Shown here: piece by piece, positions 13,263-26,400 of the stretch
Numbering within the stretch: the stretch's first letter is position 1
Layout: each line of letters opens with the position of its first letter
NCBI GenBank assembly: GCA_951406725.2
Contig: OX597816.1
Coordinates: 129,766,001 to 129,830,000, forward strand
Length of the DNA: 64,000 bases
DNA from: Octopus vulgaris
Taxonomy: Eukaryota
Reading direction: 5' to 3'
Translations under genes and position numbers: made by a program
The notes under the pieces: model-generated
Told to the model about the DNA's origin: nothing
The model's database searches: none
Seen by the model: the letters and a program-made list of their open reading frames with translations, nothing else

Positions 13263-13289
13263 GTAAGTTGTTTATTATTATTATTATTA

Positions 13290-13333
<44 letters not shown>

Positions 13334-13649
13334 TATTAAGATACCAGTCAAGTACTGGGGACGAAAATTGCAGATCTTGAGTTTAAATTAAAAACCATTA
13401 TTATTATTGAAATTCACAGCATTTGTTTCAGTTAAATTTGAAAATAACGAAGAATTTAGTAAATATCTTTGTCATTATTTAGCTGGAGTTAGGAACCAAA
13501 ATTAATAGGAAATTTTGATACAAAGTTTCATCTTGGATCACTTTAAAGCAGTAAGTTTGTCATAGAACTAGGGGCAGTTTTGGGGTGGGTTGGTGTGGAA
13601 AGGGTTAATTCTAAGTATTGTGCTTGAATTATAAACCATTATTATTATT

Positions 13650-13797
13650 TTACGTTCTGAGTTCAAATTCTACCGAGGTCGACTTTGCCTTACATCCTTT
13701 CGGGGGTCGATAAAGAAAGTACCAGTTACGTACTGGGGTCGATGTAATCTAAACACACGCCCAAAATTTCAGGCCTCGTGCCTATAGTAGGAAGGAA

Positions 13798-13800
<3 letters not shown>
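13650..13800 (+). mobile_element. SINE family A, 5'-truncated, with (ATT)n tail
   Basis: GTTCTGAGTTCAAATTC..CATCCTTTCGGGGGTCGATAA..GTACCAG. Confidence 0.85.
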
Positions 13801-13845
<45 letters not shown>

Positions 13846-16019
13846 ATAAGACCCCAGTCAAGTATTGGGGTCGATAGTATCGACTATCCTACCCGCCTCA
13901 AAATTACTGGCCTTGTGTCTAAATAATAATAATCATCATCATCGTTCTTGTTTTTGTAGTTCATTGATTTTTTTTTTAAACTCAAATTTCCTTTTGGATT
14001 AAATCGGCTCCCTTACTGGGTTTGTTATTAGTAAGGTTTCTTATAAAATATTAGTAATTAAATTATTTGTTGTTTCACTTCATGTATATAGTTAATAGAT
14101 GAAGGCATGAATGTCGTAAATTCCCATTTCTTCTCTTCCCGTGCCCCCCCCCCCACCAGCTCATCTCTGTTTAAAAAGTTATAATCGTTTATTTATTTAT
14201 ACAGCTAAATATTTTTTTTCCTTTCTTTTTATAATTATGAAATTTAAAAATTATAAAAATCTGCGAACACTAACTGAAAAAAACAAACAAACAAAATACA
14301 ACTCGATACATGTGTAGAACCAAGTATCATTAATTGACAGTTATTTTCCAAGTTTCACCGGTAATGTCTTCATTGGACTGACAACAACGTCATCGGCGAA
14401 ATTTCGAAGTCGCGTGTCAATAAAATTTATTTACTTACATTTATTTATTGAACGAGCATCATATTGCATTCGTAAGTTACCCGAAAATAAAATGTCGTGA
14501 CCCAGTCTCGATTCAGAGTGTAGATAGAACTACTTCACTTTCGTCACAAATGTCTCTTCATCGACACCCCCGCATAACACTCGGTAGGGTAAGTACTCGA
14601 ACGTTAGTACAACTTGCCCATTAATTGTACTTCTTTGTGACCGAAACAAGTCATACCGTTATCGTTGTTGTTATTGGTTATAGTTATTACGAAAGACATG
14701 GGGGGGGTCTAAAATGCTGTCATCATCATCATCATTACTATTATCATCATCATCACCATCATCGTCATCGAGGAAACCAACCTCTGCTTTTCCGCCAGAT
14801 GCTAGAAATAGCAGCCAAATCTCCTTTAAATCCAGCCCTTCCCTTTTAAATAAAGAAATAACAGTGGATTATATATTTCTAGACATACACATTAAATAGA
14901 GGCGGGCTGGTCACGGTTGGACTGCCTTTGCTCATAGTTCTGCTCGATAAAAGTTGATTGACCTGGATCTAAACAACAACAACAATCATCATCATTATCC
15001 TCATGACTGTGTCACCATTATATGCAATGATTAATCCCCCGCTTCCTCTTCATTCACTCCAGGGTACTGCATTGAACCGGAAATCTGTGTAATTCAATGT
15101 CATGAACATCTATACTATAACATACTATACTATACAATAACATACTATATTTTGAAATGCTTTCTAATAGTATTAGAGAAACTTCTTAATTATATATTTG
15201 TTTAGATATCTGATCGCATTGTCATGAAGCCAGGTTGATTATTGTTAATCCGTTGTTGACATTCTCGGGATTAATGTAAAACTGCTCACCAACTCAATCA
15301 CTCTCTCTCTTTCTCTCTCTCTCTCTTTTACTGTTACTGTGTCAAAGTGTACGAGTGTGTGTGTTTGTATGTCTGTCTGTTTGCCTGCCTGTCGCTCTGT
15401 CAGTCAGCTAACCCAGCCAGCTGTCGGTGTTGGTGCAGGCAGACAGGCAAGCAGCGCCATCAAATCAATACTATTCACTTAACTTTCCTCTGAGTTTTGT
15501 AGTTGTAGTGATGGTAGCGATGATGTTGCTGATATCTGTCTGTGTCAGCGTCACAACATACACAGGGATGCGCGCGAACTCGCCGCCAACCACACACTTA
15601 CACACATAACATACACAGCTGCTGTATCTCTCCCCAACATGCATACACGCCAACACAAGACAAACTCATTTACCAAGATCATCATCGTCATCAGCACCAT
15701 CTATACACATAAATGTTCGTGAATATCACTAGAATAAAAGAAATATTTCATAAGAGGCGCCTTTGTGTGTGTGTTTATGTGTGCGCGCGCAGTACTTACA
15801 CTTTTTTCTGTGAATCTCTATGTATGTTAAGTGCACGTATGCTATTATGTGGGCAAGCATATAGCAAAAACCCTATGTGTGTGTGTGTTCTTATTTGCGT
15901 GCGCTCATGCGAGGTAGTATTCCACCGATTTTTTGTGTGTTGACTGACTCCTATGAGTGATTCCAAATACATTCTTTTCCTGCTGTCATGCTATGTGGCT
16001 TTCAAAACTTTTGGAACTC

Positions 16020-16096
16020 TCAAGTGCATATATGTATGTTTATGCATATGTGAATGTATATATTTGTATATAAATATGTACGTGTGTGTGTGTAAG

Positions 16097-16130
<34 letters not shown>

Positions 16131-16260
16131 CATCTGTATACATGTGTATGCACATTTATACATATATATATATGTGTGTGTGTATCTGCATACATATGTA
16201 TATATATATATATATATAATTATGTGTGTGTATGCATATATATGTATATACACATGTGCG

Positions 16261-16292
<32 letters not shown>

Positions 16293-16660
16293 CGTGTGTG
16301 TATACATACATATATGTATATGTAAGTATATATATGTGTACACACATATGTATGTATACGTATATATGAATGTATACACATATATATGAATGTATATACG
16401 TATATCTATGTATATACATATATGTATGTGTATATATATGTGTGTGTATACATATATATATGTGTATATATATATACATATATATGTGTGCATCTATATA
16501 CATGTGTATGCACATTTATACATATATATGTATATACACGTGTGCGTATATATGTATGTGTGTATATGTATACACATACATTGTAAACATGTGCGTATAT
16601 ATATAGAGAGAGAGAGAGGAGGGGCAGACAGACAGAGAGAGCAAGAGAGAGAGAGAGGGG
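16020..16660. repeat. Compound TA/TG/GA microsatellite
   Basis: Low-complexity alternating purine-pyrimidine sequence ending in a GA tract. Confidence 0.9.
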
Positions 16661-17119
16661 TGCAAGTACACATGCATACGTGTGAATGTATATCAAGTAA
16701 ATCCGTTAATTATAATACAATCTTTCCCCACTGTCATGAATAATCATTATTATCTCTGCCATAGAACCATGCACTGCTCTATCAACGTAAATGATATGTA
16801 TACAGATACACACTAATAGAATGCGGAACATAGATGCACACCTACAATTAAAATAGGAGTTTTTAATTTATGCACATTAGCTTGAATCACTAACCAGATG
16901 TGTCGTTATCTTATACGAACGGCTCAACATTAAATTGGTTAAACAAGTTTTTCGGGCTTTTGTTTAATTACATGCCTGTGTGTATACCTGGAGTGTCATA
17001 TATATATATACATATGTTCATCTACATAATTAGACACATAAATGCAATTTATTATTTTTTCTTTGCGTGTGTATTCGTGTGAGTTCATCAAAGTGGATCT
17101 CCTAAATGTTTGTATTATT

Positions 17120-17195
<76 letters not shown>

Positions 17196-18210
17196 AATTG
17201 AACAGGGCTGACTGAACCTCTTAGTTCTTGCACTTATCAGGACCCCTTATACACCGAAACATAGCAGTAGACATACACACACACACTCACAATATGTATA
17301 TAGTAACTTTATTATTATAATGTTTAACTTCTAATGAAGAGAGCATCGTGGAGAATATGTGAATTCATGACTACTTGAGACAGCGACCTGGTTTCCAATC
17401 CTTCATGCAGCCATTTCTAACCATGTTACATCATGAATGTTTTCCTATAATCCTTTGAAAGACAGTTGTTAAATATACTCATTGCCTCTCTTCTCTATAT
17501 GTGAGAAGTTTGTATTTGAAACATCAGTATTTAACCTGTGTTGGCACATGAGGAAAGAATATATATCTATAAATTTTCTAGTGCAAACTAACATGTTTTA
17601 AAAAAAGAAAAAAACATATCTTCTACATGTATTGAGCATCTTTCTCAAGGAATGAATGTGTGCGTGTGTGTATGGTTTTCTACTGTAAACTGTATCGTCG
17701 TGTGTGAGTATGAAAAGTAGCCTAAAACGGGTGCGACTTAGGAAATCAGTCAAAGATACAGACGTTAAAATAAACATGGATATTGTAGATATAACAACCA
17801 AAACAACGTTGGAGTTTACAGTAGGAAAGCTCGCCTGGCTTACTACTACTACTACTACCACTATTATTCTTCAACTTTCGAAATGCTTTCCTTTTTACAA
17901 ATGTTGTGTTGTATATTCTATGACAACGCTGGCTGCTTGTTTTGGAAATTCCGCTAGAAATACGCTCAATGTTTTCATTTGTTATAAATAGTGTAACGGA
18001 AGCTTTCCAATTTCAACAACCTGAACTTGAACTTGATAACAAAATTTGGCTTTTCAGCCATATTTTTCTCTTTGCTTTTCGTTTTTATTTTTCTGTAACC
18101 TTTTATTTTATTTTATTTTATTTTTTAAATTGCTTTTTACTTCAGTTGTTTTGCGTTTAACCGTGTCAGAAGATCTAAACATTTTGGTGGAAGAGTTTTA
18201 GCTTCATACC

Positions 18211-18951
18211 GGTACTATCTAAGAAGAGTGGTCCCGGTGCGCGCACTCGCGTACTCACGCATCCGCTGTAGCTCGTCGGGACTAGTCGATCCTTACTTTG
18301 TTTTTGTTTTATTTACTTTGTTTAAAAAAAATATTTACTTTGTGTTCCTGGGATCTTTTCGGTTTGAACGGCAGTTTTTAAAAATAATTTCCACGTAACT
18401 AAACACTTTTAAACTTCGTATGCTGGTAGAATGTGCTTATAAAACATCTTTTCCTCTTGGCTTTATTGAGAAAATTCTATGGTTTGTAAGATATTTGTTG
18501 CTTTTTTTCTTCAATTTCTGCAATTTCAACCAATCAATGACGTCTATTGAGGTGAAAACATTCTGTGCCGTATGAATATGCCCCTCGTTTAAGAAACAGA
18601 TTGAGTTTATTTACATTTCTGAAGAAAAAAAAAAGATACCCTTCCCCCTACCCCTAACCCTAACCCTAAAACATTGAAATGCAATAGATCGATACTAGAG
18701 TCATAATCATGGGTGACAATTTCATATGACACCGCTAGAAAAAACAGCCGTTCAAACTGAAAAGATCCTGTTCTTGTGTTTTATTTACTTTGCTTTAAAA
18801 AGATTATTTACTTTGTGTAAAAAAATTATTTATTTTGTGTTTTATTTACTTTGCTAGGTAGTCGTTGTAGGATCGACTAGTTACGACTAGCTAGCGCGGA
18901 TGCGTGAGTACGCGAGGGCGCGCATCGGGACCACTCTTCTTAAATAGTACC
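18211..18951. mobile_element. MITE with ~85-bp TIRs and an 8-bp TSD (Merlin-like)
   Basis: TIR GGTACTAT(C/T)TAAGAAGAGTGGTCCCG...ACTAGTCGATCCT at both ends. TSD TTCATACC/CTCATACC. Internal TTATTTACTTTG repeats. Confidence 0.85.
18351..18768. mobile_element. Nested MITE (Merlin-like) with telomere-like TAACCC repeats
   Basis: TIR GGATCTTTTC(G/A)GTTTGAACGGC. TSD TGTTCCTG/TGTTCTTG. CCCTAACCCTAACCCTAA at ~18651-18668. Confidence 0.85.
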
Positions 18952-20084
18952 CTCATACCTTATGGGGAAGGCAAACATTAATGAAAGGGCGGGACTAATA
19001 TTTTTATATTTTTAAATTAAATTTTGATAACAAAAATTGCAGAATTGTCATTTTCGTAAGAGGAAATGCAGGAATATTAGAGCAAAGTATTTTGAGAAAA
19101 AAAAATGAGGTAGTGTGATAGCCAAGTTGTGTCATTCACAACTTTCTGGTTGAGGGATTCACTAATGTGAAGTAAAACGTAATGTCTTGGCAAGGTGCCT
19201 GACTGGACTACAAGTCGCTGACTACGCAACAATGATTTTTTTAAATATTTAACAAAGCAGAGATACTCGGCTTTGCTTGGGATTAAAATGTTTATAGTTT
19301 GTATAAATATATTAGTTATATTGAAACATGTGATACGGGAAAGTGCAGCATTAACAATAAAACATTCGTGGAGTAAATGATGGTCTAATTCGACTAAGCA
19401 ACATGCAATACGTCCGTTTGGAGGATTCCATGCCCTAACCTATCATGCGAAATTGGGAGTGATGGGGGTACGTAATTTTTGAACCCACCGAAAAGCTTTC
19501 AGTGGATATACTCGCTTTTGAGGCGGCCAGCATTGCGTCAAACACGACCAATCGTATGGTTGATAATAAAATGAATGGAAGGTGTAACGGAGATATTGTA
19601 CGCAAATCGGTACATTCCGGAAATGGGCTGCAATGGGAGAAGGCGACGGGGAAGTGCACTGTTCAAATGTAGAAGGCGAAGGGTTGACATTGGATCGCTG
19701 GTGTGGCTGTAGAATAAAAAAACATAAAGTGAGCCTGTGCAGTTACATGTAATAATGTATTACTTGAAAAAATAAGGCATCATGGCTTATCGTGTGGTAT
19801 GTATATAGTATGTCTGTATTTTTCTATGCAGTGTAAATTAACGAGATATAAGCAAATGAACGAAATAGAAGCATATGTATGGAACTGCTAATTTATCAGT
19901 AAACGAAACTATAATTATTGAAGAGAGACAAAGAATTATATATAGGATAAATTTCTTAATGTAAGGGTAAATATGTAATCGTAAATGCCTAGCAAACTTG
20001 CAACAGTTGCGATAATTATTACCTGGTAATGGAACAGTGTCACTTCTAGAACTCACATACATACATTCAGGCATGTGTGTGTGT

Positions 20085-21780
20085 GTTAAATAATGTATTT
20101 AACACGGAAAAACACACACTCACAGACACATACACACTCATACACTTACACACATACACTCACAGACAGATACACAGTCGTATACAAAATGTGATGTCGT
20201 TGTCGTCGTGGTATAAAATGTCTTGTTGACAATAGAAAGATTATCTCTGAAATATTTTATTGTTTTAATCGATATGAAAATAAAATTTCGTATTGACACT
20301 GGCCAGACCTCACATACATATAGTAAGATAAGCACACAGACATACATTCACGGATGTTAGTCGTCACACATGTGTATGTATGTGTAGATGTGTTTATGTT
20401 TAGTAACGTACCTAACGCGGAAAGACACACACACACTGAGGCATATCTTCACACTCATGCACTTACACACATTTACAGACAGATACACAGTCATATGCAA
20501 AATGTGCTGTCGTTGTCATTGTGGTATAAAATGTCCTGTTGATAATAGAAAGATTATCTCTATGAAATGTTATATTGTTTTAATCGACCAGCCCTCAGAT
20601 ACATATGTGTTTAATAACGTACCTAACGCGGAAAGACACCTACACTGTGAGACATATACACTCACACACACATTCACAGATAGATACACAATCATATACA
20701 AAATGTGACGTCGTCGTCGTCACATATGTATATGTATGTGTAGATGTATATGTTTAATAATGTACCGTTACATATGTATATGCATGTTAGATGTGTATGT
20801 TTAATAACGTACCTAACGCGAAAAGACACACACACTATGAGACATATACACACTCATACACTCACAGACAGATACACACTTACATACAAAATATGATGTC
20901 GTTGTCGTCGTGGTATAAAATGTCCTGTTGATAATAGAAAGATTATCTCTATGAAATGTTATATTGTTTTAATGGAAATGAAAATTGTCCTTGTGACAAT
21001 AGAAATATTGCAGTGTTGAAGATGTTTGTAAAGCATTCAAGAACAGACAAAGATCATTATTTTCACTTCGACATTTAGATTTCAATTGTGTCAAAATATT
21101 TTCGTCGCCTTGAAACTGCGACCTCTTCACAGGCAAAACTTCGTGGTGCATCTAAGAAAATAACTGTTAGTACATGATATATATGTGTTTATGTATGTAT
21201 GTATGTATGTATGTATGTATGTATGTATGTATGTATGTATGTATGTATGTATGTATGCATGTATGTATGTATATGTGTAAATGCCCATGCATTCATATAC
21301 GTATGTATGTATGTATGTATGTATGTATGTATGTATGTATGTATGTATGTATGTATGTATGTGAACATTTACATATGTTTGTAGACGTGTCTGCGTGTGT
21401 GTATATGTGCATGTACATGTAAATGTATTTTTATGTACTGATATGTGTTTCTGTTCAAGTTGTACATATAACTGTTACTCCGTCGAAGGTTGTATATATA
21501 TGCTCCGAGCACACAATCTCAGATCAAGTCACTTGCTATGCAGGTGCATTTCCGTAAATAGAAAGATTATGAAATGTTATATTGTTTTAATCTAAATGAA
21601 AATAAAATTTGGTATTGACACTGACCAGCCTTCACATACATATAGATAGTATGTTTAATAACGAACCTAACGCGGAAAGACACGCACACTGTGAGACATA
21701 CACGCTCATACAGTCACACACATACATTCACAGGCAGATACACAGTCATATACAAAATGTGACGCCGTCGTCGTGGTTAG
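20085..21780. repeat. Modular local satellite (about 5 diverged copies of a ~200-300 bp unit), interrupted
   Basis: TAATAACGTACCTAACGCGGAAAGACAC...CAGATACACAGTCATATACAAAATGTGA.. recurs at ~20090, 20400, 20612, 20802 and 21657. Confidence 0.85.
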
Positions 21781-22064
21781 AATTAAAAGTAAAAGTATAA
21801 AAGTAAAACAATATATCACATAATATAGATGTTATTGTTTCACTTTTATTCTTTGAGTTTTGACACGTAATACGGAACCAGTGCCAATGCTACATTATTT
21901 TAATCCCCCAAAATTGCCTGCTGATACTCACGGGGTCTGATAGCATTACCATATAAAATTTGATTTGATTTGATTTGGTTGAGCCGTTTGAGAATGCGTT
22001 GGGAACAGACAGAGAGACAAAAGATTTTATATATATATAACTTCGGGCTACTTAACACTTTAAA

Positions 22065-22272
22065 ATGTTTCAAATTTTGACAAGGCCAGCAAGTTCGGGG
22101 GTGGGGGTAAGTCAATTATATTGATCCCCAGTGCTCAACTGGTACTTATTTTATCGACCCTGAAAGGATGAAAGGCAGAGTCGACCTTGCTCACATTTAA
22201 ACTCAGAACATATAGACGAAATGCTACTAAGCATTTTGCCCGGCGTGCTAATGATTCTGACAACTCACCGCA
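22065..22272 (-). mobile_element. SINE family A
   Basis: Full-length reverse-complement match to the family consensus. Confidence 0.85.
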
Positions 22273-22709
22273 TTCGAGGTACTTTAAAATATTAATTTAT
22301 AAAAGTAAGAATCCTATAAAATATCATACTAAAGTTTATCTATGATGATTCTGTGAATTGGCAGAAGCATTAGTGCGTCGCATAGATAATCTGCCTTGCG
22401 GTATTCCGACCCTGGGATCCAAGTTCAAATCCCGACGACGTCAACTTTGCCTTTCTTCTTATCAGGATTGTTAAAACAAAACGACCAATCCAATGTAGTG
22501 GATTAGCGTACCTGTAAGAATGTCAGACCGAATGTCCTGCAGTATTTGTTCTGGATCTTCGTGTTCTGAGTTCATGGCCCATATGGGTGCGGGACTTATC
22601 CCATCACCTTTTTAAACACTACCACGTGGTATATTGAGAGCCTTTAACGAAGTCAACTGTTACAAGCATTCGGATGAGGTTTCTAGTTTCAGGATACCTC
22701 CTTTCCACT

Positions 22710-23000
22710 AATCGCGGTCGACTTTTCCTTTCATCCTATCGAAATCGATAAAATAGGTACCAGTTGAGCACTGGGGCCGATGTAATCGACTTAACCCTTC
22801 CCTCGAAAATTGCTGGCCTTGTGCCAAAGTTTGAAACCATTATTATTATTAAAGTGGCGAGATGGCAGAATCTGCCGAGGTCGACTTTGCCTCATCCTTT
22901 CTGGGTGGATAAATTAAGAACCAATCAAACACTGGGGCCAATGTAATCGAGTGGTCCCCTTCCACAAAATTTCAGTCCTTGTATCTATTGAAGAAAGGAT
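22710..23000 (+). mobile_element. Two tandem SINE family A fragments
   Basis: GTCGACTTT..TCATCCT..GTACCAG..CTGGGGCCGATGTAATCGA occurs twice. Confidence 0.8.
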
Positions 23001-23011
23001 TTATATTATTA

Positions 23012-23397
23012 CTAGCAGTATCGCCCGGCGTTGCTCAGGTTTGTAAGGGAAATAACTATAAAGCATTTTTAGAGAGTTATAGCCAAAAAATAGCAAAAAA
23101 AATGGGAAAAAAATGATGGTAAATTTTTTTTTGAGAGTTAAAAAAGGTGGAGTTGCGTCCCCTAGACGGTCTGTGGTTTGGGTTTCTGATTCTCGACCCC
23201 ATGTCGAATTTATCGATTTTTTTCAGAACTGGGGGAACTTTTCAAAATTTTCGCTGCGTTAGTTTTGAATTATGACATTGGGCTATGTGTGTGTCAAGTT
23301 TCATCAGAATCGGTTGAAAGCCGTGGTCAGAGTGAGGGTACGAGAAAACAGACACACAGAAAACGCACAGACAAACTGCCGTTTATATAGAGAGAGA
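23012..23397 (-). mobile_element. Non-autonomous Helitron-like element
   Basis: On the minus strand it starts with TC and ends with CTAG, has an imperfect GC-rich subterminal hairpin (CCCGGCGTTGCTCAGG on +), sits between A and T, and has no TSD. Confidence 0.7.
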
Positions 23398-23596
23398 TTA
23401 AGGCAGCGAGCTGATAGATTCGTCAACACGTTGAACAAAAAAGGTTTAACTGTATTTTTTACAGCTCTTTTCGTTCCGAGTTCAACCATCCTTTCATAAT
23501 TTCGGGGTCAATAAAATAAAGCACCAGTCAAATACTGAGGTCGATGTAATTGCCTAACACTCTCATCCTAAAATGGTTTAATTTAGGAGGAGACTT

Positions 23597-23780
23597 ATTT
23601 CAGTCATCGTGCTGCAGCCATGCTGGGACACCATCTTAATGGGTTTAGTCGAACAAATCGATCCCAATACTTATCTTTAAGCCTCGTACTTATTCTATCA
23701 CACTCTTTTGCCGAACCGCTAAGTGACGTGACATAAACCAATACCGGCTGTCAGGTGGTGATGGTGGACAAACACAAATT

Positions 23781-23840
<60 letters not shown>

Positions 23841-24050
23841 CGCACGCATACATACATACACACACACGCACGCACGTACACATACATACACACACACGCA
23901 CGCACACGACGGTCTTCTTTCAGTTTCCGTCTACCAAATCCTCTCACAAGACTTTGGTTGGCCGAAGCTGTAGTAGAAGACATCTGTCCAAAGTGCCATA
24001 TTGAACTCGCAATCATATGGTTGGGAAGCAAACTTATCACAAAGCCACAA
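23597..24050 (-). mobile_element. SINE family B with internal (TG)n
   Basis: Reverse complement of the 42661-43037 consensus. Confidence 0.85.
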
Positions 24051-24296
24051 TTTTGTTTTTACCCAATTTTGTGTAAATTATTATAATTATTAGCACCAAT
24101 ATTGGTGGGCTACAAATTCTCGGCAAATCTAGCTCATGGCCTAGTTTCGAGTTTTCGTTGCAATAGTTCTGTTAATTGCCTTAACTCTAACTTTGTGCAG
24201 AAGTTGTGGTCAAAGATAAACATCATAATCCAATTATCTCCAAGTTTCTATGCATAAATATAAACTACAAAACAAGTTAAACAAACTTAACGAATC

Positions 24297-25241
24297 GGAT
24301 CTTTGAGGTTTTCGTCACTGTTTACAATTTTGTTCTAATTGATTTCAAATTTGGTATATGGATTAAGTTTTGTTTACTAATTATGAAAATGAAATTCATT
24401 TTCCATATAAATCCATAATTAAAAAGTTATTAGCCTTTAAAATTTGCAAAATTTGGGTATTTTAGCCAATCACAAGCGAGTATTTTAGATATCACCGTGG
24501 TGAAGAAGCAAAAAGCACCACTCGTTCCATAGCTGATTGCGAAGAACTCTATTTCCATAGTAGCCAAAGATGTTGTGCATGCGCACAAGGAGTGTAACCA
24601 CCACTTGTTCTATAATTGTTTATTTTCATAACAGATGGGACTCACATTCAACAAATTGAAAGTATCTGGGCATGGTTGACTCTTATGTTTGTGAATTTAT
24701 GTGGAGAAAGAGATACGGGAAAGATAATTTATTTTATAAAATCCTAGAGCGTATTGCAAACTTTCGTTCTTGAAGTTTTTTTAAACTAATAAATGTCTAT
24801 TTTAAACAATGTTTTGATTGTTATTTCTAGCAACTCCAGTTGGTTTGTTCGTAGCTTTTAGATATTTAATTTCCTTGTGAATGCTTTGATATTAATTTTG
24901 CTCCTGTATATTTTAATGTTTTGGTTGTTATTTCTAGCAACTCCTGTTAGTTTGTTCGTTACTTTTAAATATTTAACTTCCTCGCGTAACTAGTTTAATG
25001 TTTTGACATGCCGATGCCCCCACCCACCCCTGATGATGGAAGAGGCAACGAACGTGCTGTTTTCTGATTGGCTGAAAATTCTGAAAATTATCAAACTTTG
25101 AACACCTATAACATTTTTGCAAAATTTTTCTAGAATAAATGAATAACAAATTCGGATTCAGCTTCAAAAATTTCATATATATGATACATAAAAAAATTTT
25201 TTTAAGATAATTGTAAAGAGTGACGAAAACCACAAAGATCC
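24297..25241 (+). mobile_element. Deleted Merlin (IS1595-like) DNA transposon
   Basis: TIR GGATCTTTG(A/T)GGTTTTCGTCACT. Perfect 8-bp TSD AACGAATC. Internal transposase remnant TDGTHIQQIESIW / VDSYVCEFMWRKRYGKD. Confidence 0.85.
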
Positions 25242-25849
25242 AACGAATCTAACTGTTCTTGTTTTTGTTTTTTCTTTAGTTTTTGTAGTTTGTTTTTTTT
25301 TGCCTCATGTCAGCTCTAACTAATTAGATCTATGATCAAAGAAGTTTTAGTTATGACTATTCCATCTTTATCTCAGGCATTCAAGGACATCATTATCCCA
25401 AAGTTAACACACAATTTACGGTCGTTAAAAAGTGACAGTCAAATTATAGATATTGATGAAAACAGTCACACTTTTCAGTGGTGTTCTTCGCTGAGTTATA
25501 CTACAATGGAACGATGTTCAGCTACTTCTGAAATACGTAGCATATCACTAAAAGTTACTATGTATGTAGGTGCCTGTGGACGTGGCATTACAAGGGAGTT
25601 ATTTTTACCTTCTTATCATGAAATTTCGGCATCTCACAGTCGTCACTTCTGATTTCTATCGCAACTTACTTTTACTTTTTTTACGACTGTAAACCGCATG
25701 TTAACCTGCCCCAACGTGCTCTTATCTTTCCGTGACAGCAGAGTATAATTTAAGGGCTGATCTCCCATAAATTACTGATATTTCTAGCAAGTCGAATGAC
25801 CTCATAGAGGATCTCTCATTGGCTGGAACTAAATTTTGTACATGCTGGA

Positions 25850-26400
25850 GATGACCATAATTCTGCAACGAATTATTGTCACCTCCGGATAAAACTGTCT
25901 TATCATCATCTAGGTGCTCTCCATATGTCCAGGGGTCGGCTTGTCAAGCGTTTCTAGTTCCTTCTGTGTAATGTTGCATGCATAAAAACAGCCAGGCTCT
26001 TGTTTCCACTCCATTCTTTGATGTTATCAGTTTAAACATTTTTGACAGCTACTTGCTTCTTTCCCCTCCACACTTCCGGCAAGATGGTTTTGGGTAGTGA
26101 TTTGTGGTGCATCGTATGCACCAAATATGAATATGATAGCTTTGTGGGCTTGGTTCTTGATAGTAAGGTCTATTTGGACATTCAACTCTTCTAATATTGC
26201 AGCATTTGTTATCTTGACTTACCAGCTTATTCTATCCAATCTACGAAAGACCCACATCTCAAAGGCATCTATCTTCCTTTCCATTACTCTGTACATTATC
26301 CAAGTTTCAACCCCATAGACTACGATTCGCATAATATAACCATTTACTAGCCTCGATTTTAGGTGCACCTCTTTTGAGGTGAATTTAATTCTCGTTCTTA
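25850..26400 (-). mobile_element. RTE/BovB-like LINE fragment, old
   Basis: Minus translation gives ETW..ERKIDAFEMWVFRRLDRISW..ITN. Boundaries are approximate. Confidence 0.7.

Noticed and set aside
20085-21780. CRISPR-like repeated array
   Set aside because: The units are long, diverged and lack unique spacers. The context is eukaryotic and there are no cas genes.
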